Below, one piece after another: positions 14,205 through 25,270 of a stretch of DNA of 64,000 bases. Location: contig NC_086097.1 in NCBI RefSeq assembly GCF_963921235.1, positions 60,948,001-61,012,000 of the forward strand. Reading direction: 5' to 3'. A program made the position numbers and the translations under genes. The notes beneath the pieces were generated by a model, which saw nothing but the letters and a program-made list of their open reading frames with translations, was not told the DNA's origin and ran no database searches. This DNA is from Mobula hypostoma (lineage: Eukaryota). How positions within the stretch are numbered: position 1 is the first letter of the stretch; every line of letters starts with the position of its first letter.

Positions 14205-15043
14205 CTGGAATGGAAAGCCTCATCCTGGGAGCAGATGCGGTGGAGACGGAGGAACTGGGAATAGGGAATGGCATTTTTGCATGTGGCGGGGTGGGAAGAG
14301 GTATAATCGAGGTAGTTATGAGAGTCAGTGGGCTTGTAGAAGATGTCAGTGGACAGTCTGTCTCCAGAGATGCAGACCGAGAGATCGAGAAGGGGGAGAG
14401 AAGTGTCCGAGATAGACCAAGTGAATTTGAGGGCTAGGTGGAAGTTTGAAGTAAAGTCGGTGAAATTGACGAGCTCAGCATGAGCCCCCATGCCACCCAC
14501 TTCAACTCTGCTTCCTATTCCTATTCGGATATGTCCATACATTTGTCCTCCTCTACTGCCATGATGAGGCTAAACTCAGGTTGGAGGAGCAACACCTCAT
14601 ATACCGTCTAGGTAGTCTCCAGCCCCTTGGTATGAACATAGAATTCTCCAACTTCCGGTAACTCCCTCCCCCTCCCTTCCCTATCCCTATTTCACTCTGC
14701 CCCCTCACCCAGCTGCCTATCACCTCCCTCATGGTTCTGCCTCCTTCTACTACCCATTGTGTTTTCCCCTATTCCTTCTCCACTTTTCCTGCCTATCACC
14801 TCCCTCACCCCTTGATCTTTCCCCTTTCTGGTTTTTTACCTGGAACCTACCAGCCTTCTCCTTCCCACCTTCCTCCCACCTTCTTTATAGGGCCTCTGCC
14901 CCTTCCCTTTTCAGTCTTGATGAATGGTTCCAGCCCGAGATGTTGACTGATCGTTTCCACGGATGCTGCCTGACCTGCTGAGTTCCTCCAGCGTGTTGTG
15001 AGTGTTGCTTTGACCCCAGCATCTGCAGAGTATTTTGTGTTTA
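14205..15043. mobile_element. Penelope-like element fragment with inverted 5' part
   Basis: 14205-14484 encodes an RT C-terminal piece on the minus strand (HAELVNF...QDEAFHSR). 14485-15043 is the GIY-YIG C-terminus, 3' UTR, degenerate hammerhead (14912-14950) and tail on the plus strand. Confidence 0.85.
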
Positions 15044-16676
15044 CTGTATAGCTCAGGATGGACTTTTATTCTCCATTGATTAGGAGACATTAAAGCGTGG
15101 GATATATGATAGATCCAGCAAAAGGGGAACTATGCAGCTACAGATAACATGTGAAATATTGATCACGAGATTATTGGTTATTAGCGGATGCAAAAGATAG
15201 AGTTAAATGTCAGTGAAGTGGAGCGGATGAAGAGAGTTATCCATGATCTTGTTGAATTGTAGAGTAGGCATAAAGGGCTGAATGGCTTACCCTTTCTCCC
15301 ACTCCCGCAATACCCTAGACTTGCCAGATCTCATTATAACTATAACAGGCATCAAGAAGCTTCTCGAGGACTTCCAGCCTAAGAAAGCACCAGGACCTGA
15401 TCAAATACCGGCTTTGATTCTAAAGAGTTATGCTTCCAGTCTAGCTCCCATTTTGCAAGAGATATTCCAGAAGTCTATTGATACTGGGACATTACTGGAC
15501 GATTCGTTGAAAGCAAATGTCGTTCCAATTTATAAGGGCGAGCATACAAATCTGGGAAATTACAGACCAGTTTCACTCACTTCCATCCCTTGTTAAATTC
15601 TTGAACATATTATTCACCGTCACATTATGGACCATCCGGACAGACACAATGCTCTTACTCACCAGCAACATGGATTCCGTCAGGGCAGATCTTGTGACAT
15701 GAAACTTGCAGGGTTGATCAACGACTTAGCAAAGATCCTTGACAATAGAAGCCAAACAGACTTGATCATACTCGACTTCAGTAAGGCATTTGACACGGTC
15801 CCCCACCAGAGGTTGCTACGTAAGCTTGAACATGTGGGCATTAACAACAGCCTTCTACATTGGTTAAACATGTTCCTCATCAACAGACAGCAACGTGTGC
15901 TTCTTGAGGGGCAGAGTCCCCTGAATCTCCAGTAACATCCAGAATGCCCCAGGGGTCTGTGTTGGGACCCTTACTTTTTCTCATTTAAATCAAAGACTTG
16001 CCAAATATAGTCAAGTCCAAAGTCAGACATTTTGCAGATGACTGCATAATCTACCATGAAATAAAAAATGACCAATGTGCTCAGCTGCTGTAAAACGATA
16101 TTGATTCATTATGTCAATGGGAGTCTCAATGGCAAATGTCCTTCATCTCATAAATGTTATGCGATGCATGTCAATCACAAAGTTAAACCAACCAACACGA
16201 CGTATAAAATGAATGGACAAATTCCTGAAACAGTCACCCACCACCCATACCTTGGTGCTGAAATTAGCAAGGATCTTAACTGGGCATGCCACATCAATCA
16301 GATTACAGCCAAAGCAAATAAAATGCTGGGTATCCTGAGAAGAAACCTCTGCTCATGTAGTAAATCCGTCAAGGACATGGCATACAAGACACTCTTCTGT
16401 CCAAAGCTTGAGTATTGCGCGGCCATGTGGGATCCCCATCAAGCTAACAATAAGAAGTCCATGAAAAAAATCCAACACTCGCTTTGTGTTAAATGATTAC
16501 AGCAGGAAATCCAGTGTCACCCACAGGCTCTCTAACTTTCAATGGGAACCACTCAAAAACCGACTTATTAAACTACGAAAACAACAGGAATACTGCAGAT
16601 GCTGGAAATTCAAGCAACATACATCAAAGTTTCTGGTGAACGCAGCAGGCCAAGCAGCATCTATAGGAAGAGGCGC

Positions 16677-16712
16677 AGTCGACGTTTCAGGCCGAGACCC
16701 TTCGTCAGGACT
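16677..16712 (-). ncRNA. Minimal type I hammerhead ribozyme in PLE 3' region
   Basis: Reverse complement reads AGUC-CUGACGA-AGGGUCUCGGCCU-GAAAC-GUC-GACU: complete core, stem I AGUC/GACU, short stem II, loopless palindromic stem III. Confidence 0.8.
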
Positions 16713-17008
16713 AACTGAAGGAAGAGTGAGTAAGGGATTTGAAAGCTGGAGGGGGAGGGGGAGATGCAAAACGATAGGAGAAGACAGGAGGTGGAGGGAT
16801 AGAGCCGAGAGCTGGACAGGTGATAGGCAAAAGGGGATACGAGAGGATCATGGGACAGGAGGTCCGGGAAGAAAGACAAGGTGGGGGGGTGACCCAGAGG
16901 ATGGGCAAGAGGTATATTCAGAGGGACAGAGGGAGAAAAAGGAGAGTGAGAGAAAGAATGTGTGCATAAAAATGAGTAACAGATGGGGTACGAGGGGGAG
17001 GTGGGGCC

Positions 17009-18290
17009 TTAGCGGAAGTTAGAGAAGTCAATGTTCATGCCATCAGGTTGGAGGCTACCCAGATGGAATATAAGGTGTTGTTCCTCCAACCTGAGTGTGG
17101 CTTCATCTTTACAGTAGAGGAGGCCGTGGATAGACATGTCAGAATGGGAATGGGATGTGGAATTAAAATGTGTGGCCACTGGGAGATCCTGCTTTCTCTG
17201 GCGGACAGAGCGTAGATGTTCAGCAAAGCGGTCTCCCAGTCTGCGTCGGGTCTCACCAATATATAAATGGCCACATCGGGAGCACCGGACACAGTATATC
17301 ACCCCAGTCGACTCACAGGTGAAGTGATGCCTCACCTGGAAGGACTGTTTGGGGCCCTGAATGGTGGTAAGGGAGGAAGTGTAAGGGCATGTGTAGCACT
17401 TGTTCCGCTTACACGGATAAGTGCCAGGAGGGAGATCAGTGGGGAGGGATGGGGGGGACGAATGGACAAGGGAGTTGTGTAGGGAGCGATCCCTGCGGAA
17501 TGCAGAGAGAGGGGGGGAGGGAAAGATGTGCTTAGTGGTGGGATCCCGTTGGAGGTGGCGGAAGTTACGGAGAATAATATGTTGGACCCGGAGGCTGGTG
17601 GGGTGATAGGTGAGGACCAGGGGAACCCTATTCCTAGTGGGGTGGTGGGAGGATGGAGTGAGAGCAGATGTACGTGAAATGGGGGAGATGCGTTTAAGAG
17701 CAGAGTTGATAGTGGAGGAAGGGAAGCCCCTTTCTTTAAAAAATGAAGACATCTCCCTCGTCCTAGAATGAAAAGCCTCATCCTGAGAGCAGATGCGGCA
17801 GAGACGGAGGAATTGCGAGAAGGGGATGGCGTTTTTGCAAGAGACAGGGTGAGAAGAGGAATAGTCCAGATAGCTGTGAGAGTCAGTAGGCTTATAGTAG
17901 ACATCAGTGGATAAGCTGTCTCCAGAGACAGAGACAGAAAGATCTAGAAAGGGGAGGGAGGTGTCGGAAATGGACCAGGTAAACTTGAGGGCAGGGTGAA
18001 AGTTGGAGGCAAAGTTAATAAAGTCAACGAGTTCTGCATGCGTGCAGGAAGCAGCGCCAATGCAGTCGTCGATGTAGCGAAGGAAAAGTGGGGGACAGAT
18101 ACCAGAATAGGCACAGAACATGGATTGTTCCACAAACCCAACAAAAAGGCAGGCATAGCTAGGACCCATACGGGTGCCCATAGCTACACCTTTAGTTTGG
18201 AGGAAATGGGAGGAGCAAAAGGAGAAATTATTAAGAGTAAGGACTAATTCCGCTCGACGGAGCAGAGTGGTGGTAGAGGGGAACTGATTA
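17009..18290 (-). pseudogene. 5'-truncated but uninterrupted PLE polyprotein frame: RT C-terminal half, Cys linker, GIY-YIG endonuclease
   Basis: ORF 17009-18181 (390 aa; frame open to the junction) has GVAMGTRMGP, LRYIDD, LPFLDL, TDVYYKPTD, CKRNKCYTC and VIYCVRCSRCGHLYIGET. The Cys-rich linker suggests the Neptune clade. Confidence 0.92.
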
Positions 18291-18291
18291 G

Positions 18292-19248
18292 GACACCTCC
18301 CTCCTCTTTCTAGATCTTTCTGTCTCTATCTCTGGAGACAGCTTATCCACTGATGTCTACTATAAGCCTACTGACTCTCACAGCTATCTGGACTATTCCT
18401 CTTCTCACCCTGTCTCTTGCAAAAACGCCATCCCCTTCTCGCAATTCCTCCGTCTCCACCGCATCTGCTCTCAGGATGAGGCTTTTCATTCTAGGACGAG
18501 GGAGATGTCTTCATTTTTTAAAGAAAGGGGCTTCCCTTCCTCCACTATCAACTCTGCTCTTAAACGCATCTCCCCCATTTCACGTACATCTGCTCTCACT
18601 CCATCCTCCCACCACCCCACTAGGAATAGGGTTCCCCTGGTCCTCACCTACCACCCCACCAGCCTCTGGGTCCAACATATTATTCTCCGTAACTTCCGCC
18701 ACCTCCAACGGGATCCCACCACTAAGCACATCTTTCCCTCCCCCCCTCTCTCTGCATTCCGCAGGGATCGCTCCCTACACAACTCCCTTGTCCATTCGTC
18801 CCCCCCATCCCTCCCCACTGATCTCCCTCCTGGCACTTATCTGTGTAAGCGGAACAAGTGCTACACATGCCCTTACACTTCCTCCCTTACCACCATTCAG
18901 GGCCCCAAACAGTCCTTCCAGGTGAGGCATCACTTCACCTGTGAGTCGACTGGGGTGATATACTGCGTCCGGTGCTCCCGATGTGGCCATTTATATATTG
19001 GTGAGACCCGACGCAGACTGGGAGACCGCTTTGCTGAACATCTATGCTCTGTCCGCCAGAGAAAGCAGGATCTCCCAGTGGCCACACATTTTAATTCCAC
19101 ATCCCATTCCCATTCTGAAATGTCTATCCACGGCCTCCTCTACTGTAAAGATGAAGCCACACTCAGGTTGGAGGAACAACACCTTATATTCCGTCTGGGT
19201 AGCCTCCAACTTGATGGCATGAACATTGACTTCTCTAACTTCCGCTAG
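18292..19248 (+). pseudogene. Second, shorter 5'-truncated PLE frame (RT thumb, linker, GIY-YIG)
   Basis: ORF 18505-19248 (247 aa) differs from the minus-strand copy at six residues. Confidence 0.92.
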
Positions 19249-19543
19249 GCCCCACCTCCCCCTCGTACCCCATCTGTTACTCATTTTCATGCACACGTTC
19301 TTTCTCTCACTCTCCTTTTTCCCCCTCTGTCCCTCTGAATATACCTCTTGCCCACCCCCTGGGTCACCCCCCCACCTTGTCTTTCTTTCCGGACCTCCTG
19401 TCCCATGATCCTCTCGTATCCCCTTTTGCCTATCACCTGTCCAGCTCTCGGCTCTATCCCTCCCCCTCCTGTCTTCTCCTATCATTTTGCATCTCCCCCT
19501 CCCCCTCCAGCTTTCAAATCCCTTACTCACTCTTCCTTCAGTT

Positions 19544-19579
19544 AGTCCTGACGAAGGGTCTCGGCCTGAAACGTCGACT
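19544..19579 (+). ncRNA. Minimal type I hammerhead ribozyme in PLE 3' region
   Basis: agtc ctgacga agggtctcggcct gaaacgtc gact; predicted cleavage after 19575. Confidence 0.8.
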
Positions 19580-21642
19580 GCGCCTCTTCCTATAGATGCT
19601 GCTTGGCCTGCTGCGTTCACCAGCAACTTTGATGTATGTTGTTTATTAAACTACGGTTAAATTTCATTTTCAAAGAAGTTCACAACATCACTCCAAACAT
19701 CCAAATTCGTCACAGGGTTAGTTCGACTCGACAGCAAGCTCGACCTCACATGTTGGAAACTCCTTCATTCAATAAGATTTGCTACCAGAACTCTCTCTAC
19801 CCAAGATCAACAAGAGTGGAATCTTCTGCTGCCAGACCTGCACAGTGTTTCTGACATTAATATTTTTAAAGATAGACTCAATCAAATCGATTTAGGGTAT
19901 CTAGTCAAAAAAGCTTATTTTACAATTTAACTCCCAGGCCGTTCACACTGACTGCGCATTATAACAGCCATCTGGAAGTGCTTACGTAGTACCAAGCAGA
20001 AGTGGAAGGTACTTGGAACTTAGAAAGAATAGAGGGCTATGGGTAAGCCTAGGTAGTTCTGAGGTAAGGACGTATTCAGCACAGCTTTGTGGGCCGAAGG
20101 GCCTGTATTGTGCTGTAAGTTTTCTGTGTTTCTATGTTTCTATTTCAAGGTGAATAGAAAATAAAAGCAAGGAGATAATGCTGAGTCTTTATAAGATACC
20201 TGTCATGCCCCACTTGGAGGATGGTCAACTGTTCTTGGGCCCTTTACCTCTGAAAGGATGTGTGTTGTCATTGGTAAGAGTCCAGAGGAGGTTCACAAGG
20301 ATGATTGCGAGATTGAAGGCGTTAACATATGAGGAGTGCTTTGCAGCTTTGGGCCTGTACTCACTGGAATTTAGAAGAATGTGTATGGATCTCTTTGTAA
20401 TCTACCGAATGTTGAAAGGACTAGATACGATGGATGCAGAGAGGATGTTTCCTATGGTGGAGTAGAACAAGAAGGCACAGCCTCAAAATTGAGGAGTGAC
20501 CTTTTAAAACAGAGGTAAAGAGGAATTTTTTTAGCCAGAGTAGTGAATCTGTGGAACACATATAACGATGCATGAGGAAACAGATGAGAGACGAATTTAC
20601 AAAATTCATTCTTTTCAACTTAGAAGTGCTCTTTGATACTACTGATGGGATGCGGGTGAGGGTTTTGTGCAGTGACAGCTGGAAAACTCTACAGCTAAGC
20701 AGGAAAATCTGCCAGAAAGCAGCTGGATGGTGTCTGACTCCTGCAACAATCGCCTTGCCATGGAGCAACACTGCAAAGACATCCATAATGTTAAGTAACG
20801 TGCCGAGGTGAAATGACTAAAGGCATATGAAGGGCTTTCATCTTATTGATACATACAACCTCTCTCTCACAGACACAAAGGAGCAAATACAAAGAGAAAC
20901 ACACACAGTAGGTACAGTTTGTTTCAGGGATAGGAGGGAGGAATCAGGTCTGTACAAACTGTGTGGAGTTATCCACACTGAGCCAGACAGATAGGCAGAG
21001 AGATTACAAAAGGGGCATTCAGCTATGGAGAAGACAAAAACTGTCAGGCAGCTGCCTTCCACGACATGATTCCTCAGACTCCTTCACAGAGGGTATACAA
21101 GGGCCTGGAGAGTCTGCTTCTCAGAACGAAAGGAAGAAGTGCAGCAGGAGGAGCTGCAGGAAGTGAAGCAGGTGGAGATGGAAGATGAAGAGGCTGGTGA
21201 AAGTTTCCACACTGTCATTGAGCTTGACACCCACTTCAGAGGATCAATAAATGGTAATGTGAGGGAGCAAGGTACGACTTTAGAGGGCAAGAGATATGTG
21301 GGAATTAAGCACCATGAGGCTATGGTCTGACTTGAAATCAAGGGGGAAAAAGGTATAGGGACTGAGAGAAGGGAATCAAAACATTGCTCCTGTCTTGGAG
21401 AATCAATGACGTGTCATGACTAAAATGCCTTGTTTATATAGCTTATGCTAGGTCAGTCTGTTAAAGCACAGAGATGTTTGAAGGAGACCATCTCTACAGC
21501 AGAGCCAAGTTCAATGTTGAATGTAAACTTATTATCTAATTGTGTATACAGTACTTTGCCATATACTACCTTGAGAATGAGGTTGCCAATGGAGCCTCTT
21601 TGGAGACTAAGCAGTTCCTGGCAAAGTCCCAATACTCACCTC

Positions 21643-21802
21643 AACATGCTGGAGGAACTCAGCAGGTCAGGCAGCATCCGTGGAAAAGATCAGTCCGAAA
21701 CGTCGACCGATCTTTTCCACGGATGCTGCCCAACCTGCTAAGTTCCTCCAGTGTGTTGTGAGTGTTGCTTTGACCCAGCATCTGCAGATTATTTTGTGTT
21801 TA
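21643..21802. mobile_element. 160-bp fold-back PLE terminus insertion
   Basis: 21643-21695 pairs with ~21705-21757, followed by the full PLE tail; 14-bp TSD ccaatactcacctc (21629-21642, 21803-21816); same subfamily tail as 14950-15043. Confidence 0.85.
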
Positions 21803-22030
21803 CCAATACTCACCTCCTCACACAGGAGTAAGTGGAACTACAGTGGAGGAAATCAACAGAATCTGTAAGCAGTCAGAATCCATCAGTGTAATTTTGCTCT
21901 GATTTGTAGAACATTCAATCATTGCCACATGGGTGTAGCTCTCTGCTCTTCCAGAGCACAACAGGTCACCATGGCCCTCATCTGTACTTTCAGAGTGGGG
22001 AGAAGTTACTCGTGAGCTGCCACTCTAGAC

Positions 22031-22110
22031 CAGGTTTTCCCAACCTGGGGTCTACTGACCTCTCAGTTCATGGTAAGGGTCCATGGCATAAAAATGTCTG
22101 GGAGTCTCTG
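22031..22110. mobile_element. 80-bp hAT/Charlie-type MITE
   Basis: CAG...CTG ends and a perfect 8-bp TSD ctctagac (22023-22030, 22111-22118), matching the NTCTAGAN Charlie target. Confidence 0.8.
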
Positions 22111-22228
22111 CTCTAGACTCAGGGGCAGAGGAATGGCCTACATAAGATCTTCTGTCAAATGCAGGTGCAGGCACGTGCCCCCCATTTACACATACCTTAT
22201 CTTCATTTGAACCTGCTCTTGGTGCATG

Positions 22229-22835
22229 TGACAGGACACTGAAGGAGGAACCCAATTGCAGACCAAGTACTGTGGGCACTGTGATATTTACTGAGTAGCA
22301 AATTCAGGGGGGTGGGGGGCAATAAAGTCAGCATCAAAGTTCAAGCAAAGATCAAAACATCCAGAGAAATCCAAAAACCAGAATCAGGAAACAGGCAAAG
22401 TCAATATTCAGACAGAGAGTACAATCCTGAGGTACAAAGCAAAGTTAACATCAAAGTTCAGGCAGAGATCAAAATATCCAGAGAAATCCAAAACCCAGAA
22501 TCAGGAAACAGGCAGAGTTGATTTTCAGACCGACATAGTACTGATACAAATGCTGGAAAGGCTCAGGAAAATTCTCTGGCAACAAGTAGAAGAAAACACA
22601 GGACTGAAATACACTGAGCAATAAACAGAGAGGCAGATGATAGGTGGAGCACAATGAGACACAGGTGGCAGCAATACAGGTAATAATGAGAAACAGGTGA
22701 GAGGCGGAGTACTCAGTAATACAGGGGTCGGAATCGAGCAGGAGTGGGGACAGGAGCACATGGCAATACAAAACCACAGACTGACGGGTACGGGGAAACA
22801 CACAAAAATACAGAGTTCAACTGGAGATACTGACA
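22229..22835. mobile_element. Solo LTR with internal 117-bp-period repeat
   Basis: TG...CA ends, 5-bp TSD gcatg (22224-22228, 22836-22840); 22324-22400 is repeated at 22441-22518. Confidence 0.65.
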
Positions 22836-23882
22836 GCATGGGGAAGGGGACTGAAGACAGCAGGGATCAGGCTCCGATGCTTGTAGGCCTGGATTCTAGT
22901 TTAGCAATGAGTTTGCAAGTTGATCTGGAAGTCGAGCAGCCTAAACGCCACCTTGCTCTTCCACTGCTGTCTAGTCAGGTGGCAAAGAGGGTGTATTGTG
23001 AGTAGGTTGAAGACATTGATGACTTCTCTTCTGGTGAACACATGGTCATTTTACACAACCATCTCTTTGGTGGCTCACTCACCTCGCCTCGCCACCAGCA
23101 ATCTGAAAATGTTTACGTCATTGGCCATGGGCAACAGTCTGAAACCAGTGCCTCTAGAGACAGAAGAGCATCAAGGCCAACTGTTCATATTCCAATCTAC
23201 AGTGAGCAGTCTTCCAAAAGGGCATAAGACAAAAGACAAAAGAGCAGAGGTCGGCCATTCGGGTATACTGCAATACAAGAACTCTAGACCCACATGTAAG
23301 GTAACAAATTGTAAGGATTTCTAGAATGTTCCTCCAAAAGAGAGATACTTGATATACTTTAAGATTGGACTGATAAGCCACTTGAGAGCCCATAAGTAGA
23401 TCAATAGAACGAAGACCATCATCCTCGACCTCGAGGGATAGCCACGACGACTTGATATACTTCACTCTTTAAGTTCAGGTGCTTTGCTATCAATCTCTAT
23501 ACAAGCACAACCAAATTTACAAAGCACCTTGTTATTTTTTGTGGCTAATATCATCAGCCAGGTGTAACTGACAGTGCTCTGGCACACACACAGGCATGCC
23601 TGCATGGACTAGCGTGGTTTATTTAGTAAATCACTCAATGGGTATGTGTCCTGTGATGGTGCTCCAGGTTGCCTTTCATCTGAGTGATGCCTTCCCTCTG
23701 AGCACTAATCTTGAATGGCAGCTGTTGCTCCTTTCGGAGATGTGTAGACACAAGCCATTGGAAGCATACCGATCTGCTAGGGTTTATATCTGAAAATCAA
23801 TGCCAGCTGGTACTTCAGACATATTTTTTACACCTACAGTTCTCTTATTAGCACAGCCATTATTATACAACAAATCAAGGCA

Positions 23883-25270
23883 CAGAATCAGAATCAGAAT
23901 CAAGTTTATTCTTGACAGTATGCGCCATGAAATTTGTTAACTTATCAGCAGCAGTTCAATGCAATACATGATAGTATAGAAAGAAAAAATAAATAAGTAA
24001 AACAATTACCGTAAGTATATATATAGAAAATATTTAGATTAAACATAGTGCAAAACAGAAATAATATATATAAAAAAGTGAGATAGTATTCATTGGTTCA
24101 ATATCCATTTAGGAATTGTATGGCAGAGGGGAAGAAGCTGTTCCTGAGTCATTGAGTGTGTGCCTTCAAGCTTGTATACCTCCATCCTGATGGTACCAAT
24201 GAGAGGAAGGCATGTCCTGGATGATGGAGGTCCTCAATAATGGATGTTGCCTTTCTGAGGCACCACTGCTTGAAGATATCTTGGATACTATGGAGGCTAG
24301 TACCCAAGATAAAGCTGACTGATTTTACAACTTTCCGTAGCTTCTTTCAGCCCTCAGCCTCCCAGATTAATACTAGCCATCAAGACTAACTGTATTCATC
24401 CCACTTGCCTGCATTAATGTCATCTATGCCCTGCCCATTCATGTACCTGTTCCAGTCTCTACACCTTCTCTCTAAGTAAATTTATTAACCAATGTTACCA
24501 TATACGACTTCAAGATTCATTTTTTGCAGATCTTACAGGAATAAAAGAAATACAATAGAATTTATGACAAACTATACATAAAGAAAGATTGGCAAACAAC
24601 CAATGTGCAACAGAAGACAAATAGTGCAAAAGAAAAATAAATAATATGGAGAATATCAGCCTCACCAAGTCCTTGTTTTTGATCCAGGTAGTGTGGGACC
24701 TAAGGGTGTTGTGTCTCCTGCCCAATGATAGTAAGCAAGAAGAGTGTATAGCCTATGTAGTGGGTTTCCTTGAAAATGGAGGCAGTTTTCATACTGCAGA
24801 GCTCCATGTACATGTACTCAAGGTGGTGAGGACTTCCCCTGTGATGAACTGGACAGTATCCACCACATTTTACAGGCTGTTCAGTTCCTAGGCATTGGTA
24901 TTTCCATAAACTTTTCTGTTTCTCATTATACCAGGCCATGATACATCTACAGTTAGGATATTCTCCACTGTGAATCTATAGAAGTTTGACAAGATACTCT
25001 GATATGATAACAACACAGAATTTACAGTTACTGACTCTTCTCCATCTGTGGTCCTGTAATGAGGATTGGCTTATAGATCTCTGGCTTCTTCCTCCTGTAG
25101 CCAATAATAAACTCTTTGGTTTTGAGTGAGAGGTTGTTGTGGCACCATTCATCCAGATTTTCGATCTTCCTCTTATATGCCGTTTCACACCACCTTTCAT
25201 TTGGTGCTGTTTTCAGCACTCTTAAATGCATTGGAGCTGTACTTAGCCACACAATCATAGGTATAAAGCA
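23883..25270 (-). mobile_element. Two Rex1/Babar-like LINE 3' fragments
   Basis: (agaatc)n tail at 23885-23901; RT-end peptide YKRKIENLDEWCHNNLSLKTKEFIIGYRRK (ORF 25028-25258). Confidence 0.7.

Larger units (their letters stand above)
16578..19642. mobile_element. Inverted (tails-out) dimer of a Neptune-like Penelope element
   Basis: Left copy 16578-18291 (-), right copy 18292-19641 (+); 13-bp TSD ttattaaactacg at 16565-16577 and 19643-19655. Confidence 0.95.
13472..20005 (+). mobile_element. 5'-truncated APE-RT LINE unlike the local CR1s (RTE-X or invertebrate CR1-group-like), disrupted
   Basis: GDFNLP, PTRESNILDL, KAPGPDQIP, NYRPVSLTSIPC, LDFSKAFDTVPH and PKLEYCAAMWDPH in ORFs 13594, 15282, 15627 and 16068; the reading frame continues across the PLE insertion at 16578-19642. 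Clade assignment uncertain. Confidence 0.75.
12081..20142 (+). mobile_element. CR1 LINE 'B' 3' fragment inserted in CR1-A and itself split by later insertions
   Basis: Pieces 12081-12180, 13242-13471 and 20006-20142 rejoin into a continuous CR1 3' end with a (tttctatg)n tail; same family as 30973-31425. Confidence 0.8.
7530..20555 (+). mobile_element. CR1 LINE 'A', near full length and disrupted: 5' UTR, esterase ORF1, APE-RT ORF2; hosts a large nest
   Basis: ORF1 pieces (VIGDS, YIGNNDIG) at ~7780-8620 and ORF2 pieces at 9830-12080 (KSPGPDG, RPVSLTSV, LDFQKAFDKVPH, GVPQGSVLGP). It breaks at 12080 (gcattcattt) and resumes at 20143 (tttcaaggtgaatagaaa), with ORF 20178-20465. Many stops and frameshifts. 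Confidence 0.9.

Noticed and set aside
16486..19626. Alternative-frame and antisense ORFs (178, 190, 194 aa)
   Set aside because: Shadows of the PLE coding region and its purine/pyrimidine-skewed UTR.
16615..19641. Inverted repeat as a fold-back assembly artefact
   Set aside because: The arms differ at about 22 sites, including opposite-strand CpG decay; a TSD is present and the host LINE continues beyond.
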